Under the pieces are notes generated by a model that was not told the origin of the DNA, searched no databases, and saw only the letters and a program-made list of their open reading frames with translations. This document shows, one piece after another, positions 63,404 to 64,000 of a DNA stretch of 64,000 nt. Both the position numbers and the translations under genes were made by a program. Source of the DNA: Pseudomonadaceae bacterium (GTDB lineage Bacteria > Pseudomonadota > Alphaproteobacteria > UBA2136 > UBA6156); the NCBI GenBank assembly GCA_024236095.1, contig JACKLD010000012.1, positions 345,219-409,218 of the forward strand, in the 5' to 3' direction. Positions within the stretch are counted from its first letter, which is position 1, and each line of letters opens with the position of its first letter.

Positions 63404-64000
63404 TCAGCCGTTGATGGCGGCCAAAAACAGCGGATGCAGCTTCAGGTTGGCGGCCAGCAGGGTATCACTGGCGGCGCCAAACGGCGCCCCGTCCAACTGG
63501 CTCAGCTGCGCGCCGGATTCGGCGAGAATAAGGCCGGCCAAGAGCGCTTCCAGCCGGTTAAGCCGGGTGGCGGCCATGCCGTCGGCACGACCGGCGGCCA
63601 CGTCAATGGCGTCAAACAGCGTATGGCCGGTCTTGCGGGTGTGCAGCGGCAGGTCTTCGGCCTGCTCGAGCAGTTTGGAGAGTAAGGGCAAGTCGCCGGT
63701 TTTCAGCGGCAGCAAAAACAGGCTGTGTTCCAGCGTGGTGCGGGCGGCGGTGCGCAGGCGCTCCGGCCCGATGGTGCCGCTACCTTTTTCTGCCAACACC
63801 AGCACGTCTTCCACCGGAAAGTACACCGCGCCCAGCGGGCAGGCGCCGGTCTCGTCCACGTAGGCCATGTGCACGCTGACCGGCAGGCGGCCATGCAAGA
63901 AGTTGCGGCTGCCGCCCAAGGACTCGATCAGCCAATGCTCGCCGTCAGGCTGGGCTTGCTGCGGGGTCACCACCGGCAGGCCGGTCTTGCCGAACTCGGC
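63404..64000 (-). CDS. Inositol monophosphatase-family protein (partial; N-terminus beyond window)
   Basis: WLIESLGGSRNFLHGRLPVSV...GAVYFPVEDVLVLAEKGSG aligns with the IMPase W-x-x-DP-x-DGT-x-NF region. The frame stays open to position 64000. Confidence 0.7.
   Translation of the reverse strand, partial: AEFGKTGLPVVTPQQAQPDGEHWLIESLGGSRNFLHGRLPVSVHMAYVDETGACPLGAVYFPVEDVLVLAEKGSGTIGPERLRTAARTTLEHSLFLLPLKTGDLPLLSKLLEQAEDLPLHTRKTGHTLFDAIDVAAGRADGMAATRLNRLEALLAGLILAESGAQLSQLDGAPFGAASDTLLAANLKLHPLFLAAING

Overview
The window is 64 kb of a high-GC, proteobacterial-type chromosome. Gene content and order look alphaproteobacterial, but I cannot confirm that without a database search. Positions 1-36.9 kb hold housekeeping genes: rpsB, mnmA, a cysteine desulfurase with an Rrf2 regulator, anmK, tyrS, accA, xerD, a CorC/HlyC transporter, dut, an RNase E/G-like gene, recA-recX, pgeF and lgt. 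These are interspersed with several families of hairpin REP-like repeats and one 281-bp MITE-like element with 32-nt terminal inverted repeats. The same region carries a scattered peptide-type ABC importer (binding protein plus two permeases, no ATPase) whose binding-protein 5' end contains a REP unit. tRNA-Ile(GAU) and tRNA-Ala(CGC) sit at 36.8-37.0 kb. Positions 36970-61178 form a 24.2-kb lower-GC genomic island bounded by an exact 27-bp direct repeat of the tRNA-Ala 3' end. The island carries a small ORF, a DUF2924 gene and a large serine recombinase, followed by a compact, self-contained anaerobic-lifestyle cargo. That cargo comprises nnrS, class III ribonucleotide reductase nrdDG, and narK1-narK2-narGHJI with a tightly coupled soluble MCP-like signalling gene. 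It also includes molybdenum-cofactor genes (moeB, moaB, moeA, moaD, moaE, mobA), hemN and a Crp/Fnr regulator with an unusual C-terminal Cys cluster. Four FNR-type boxes (TTGAT-N4-ATCAA) lie in the island's four intergenic promoter regions. Four start codons without Shine-Dalgarno sequences lie about 40-41 nt from box centres, which suggests leaderless transcripts. Positions 61.2-63.4 kb are a second low-GC segment with Sel1-like and coiled-coil proteins and a decayed third copy of the tRNA-Ala end plus a terminator. It ends at a minus-strand 76-nt tRNA with anticodon UAA but a short variable arm, followed by a 5'-truncated paralog whose anticodon loop is replaced by a 33-nt insert. The window closes with a partial IMPase-family gene. 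All calls come from reading the sequence and the ORF translations; no searches were run.
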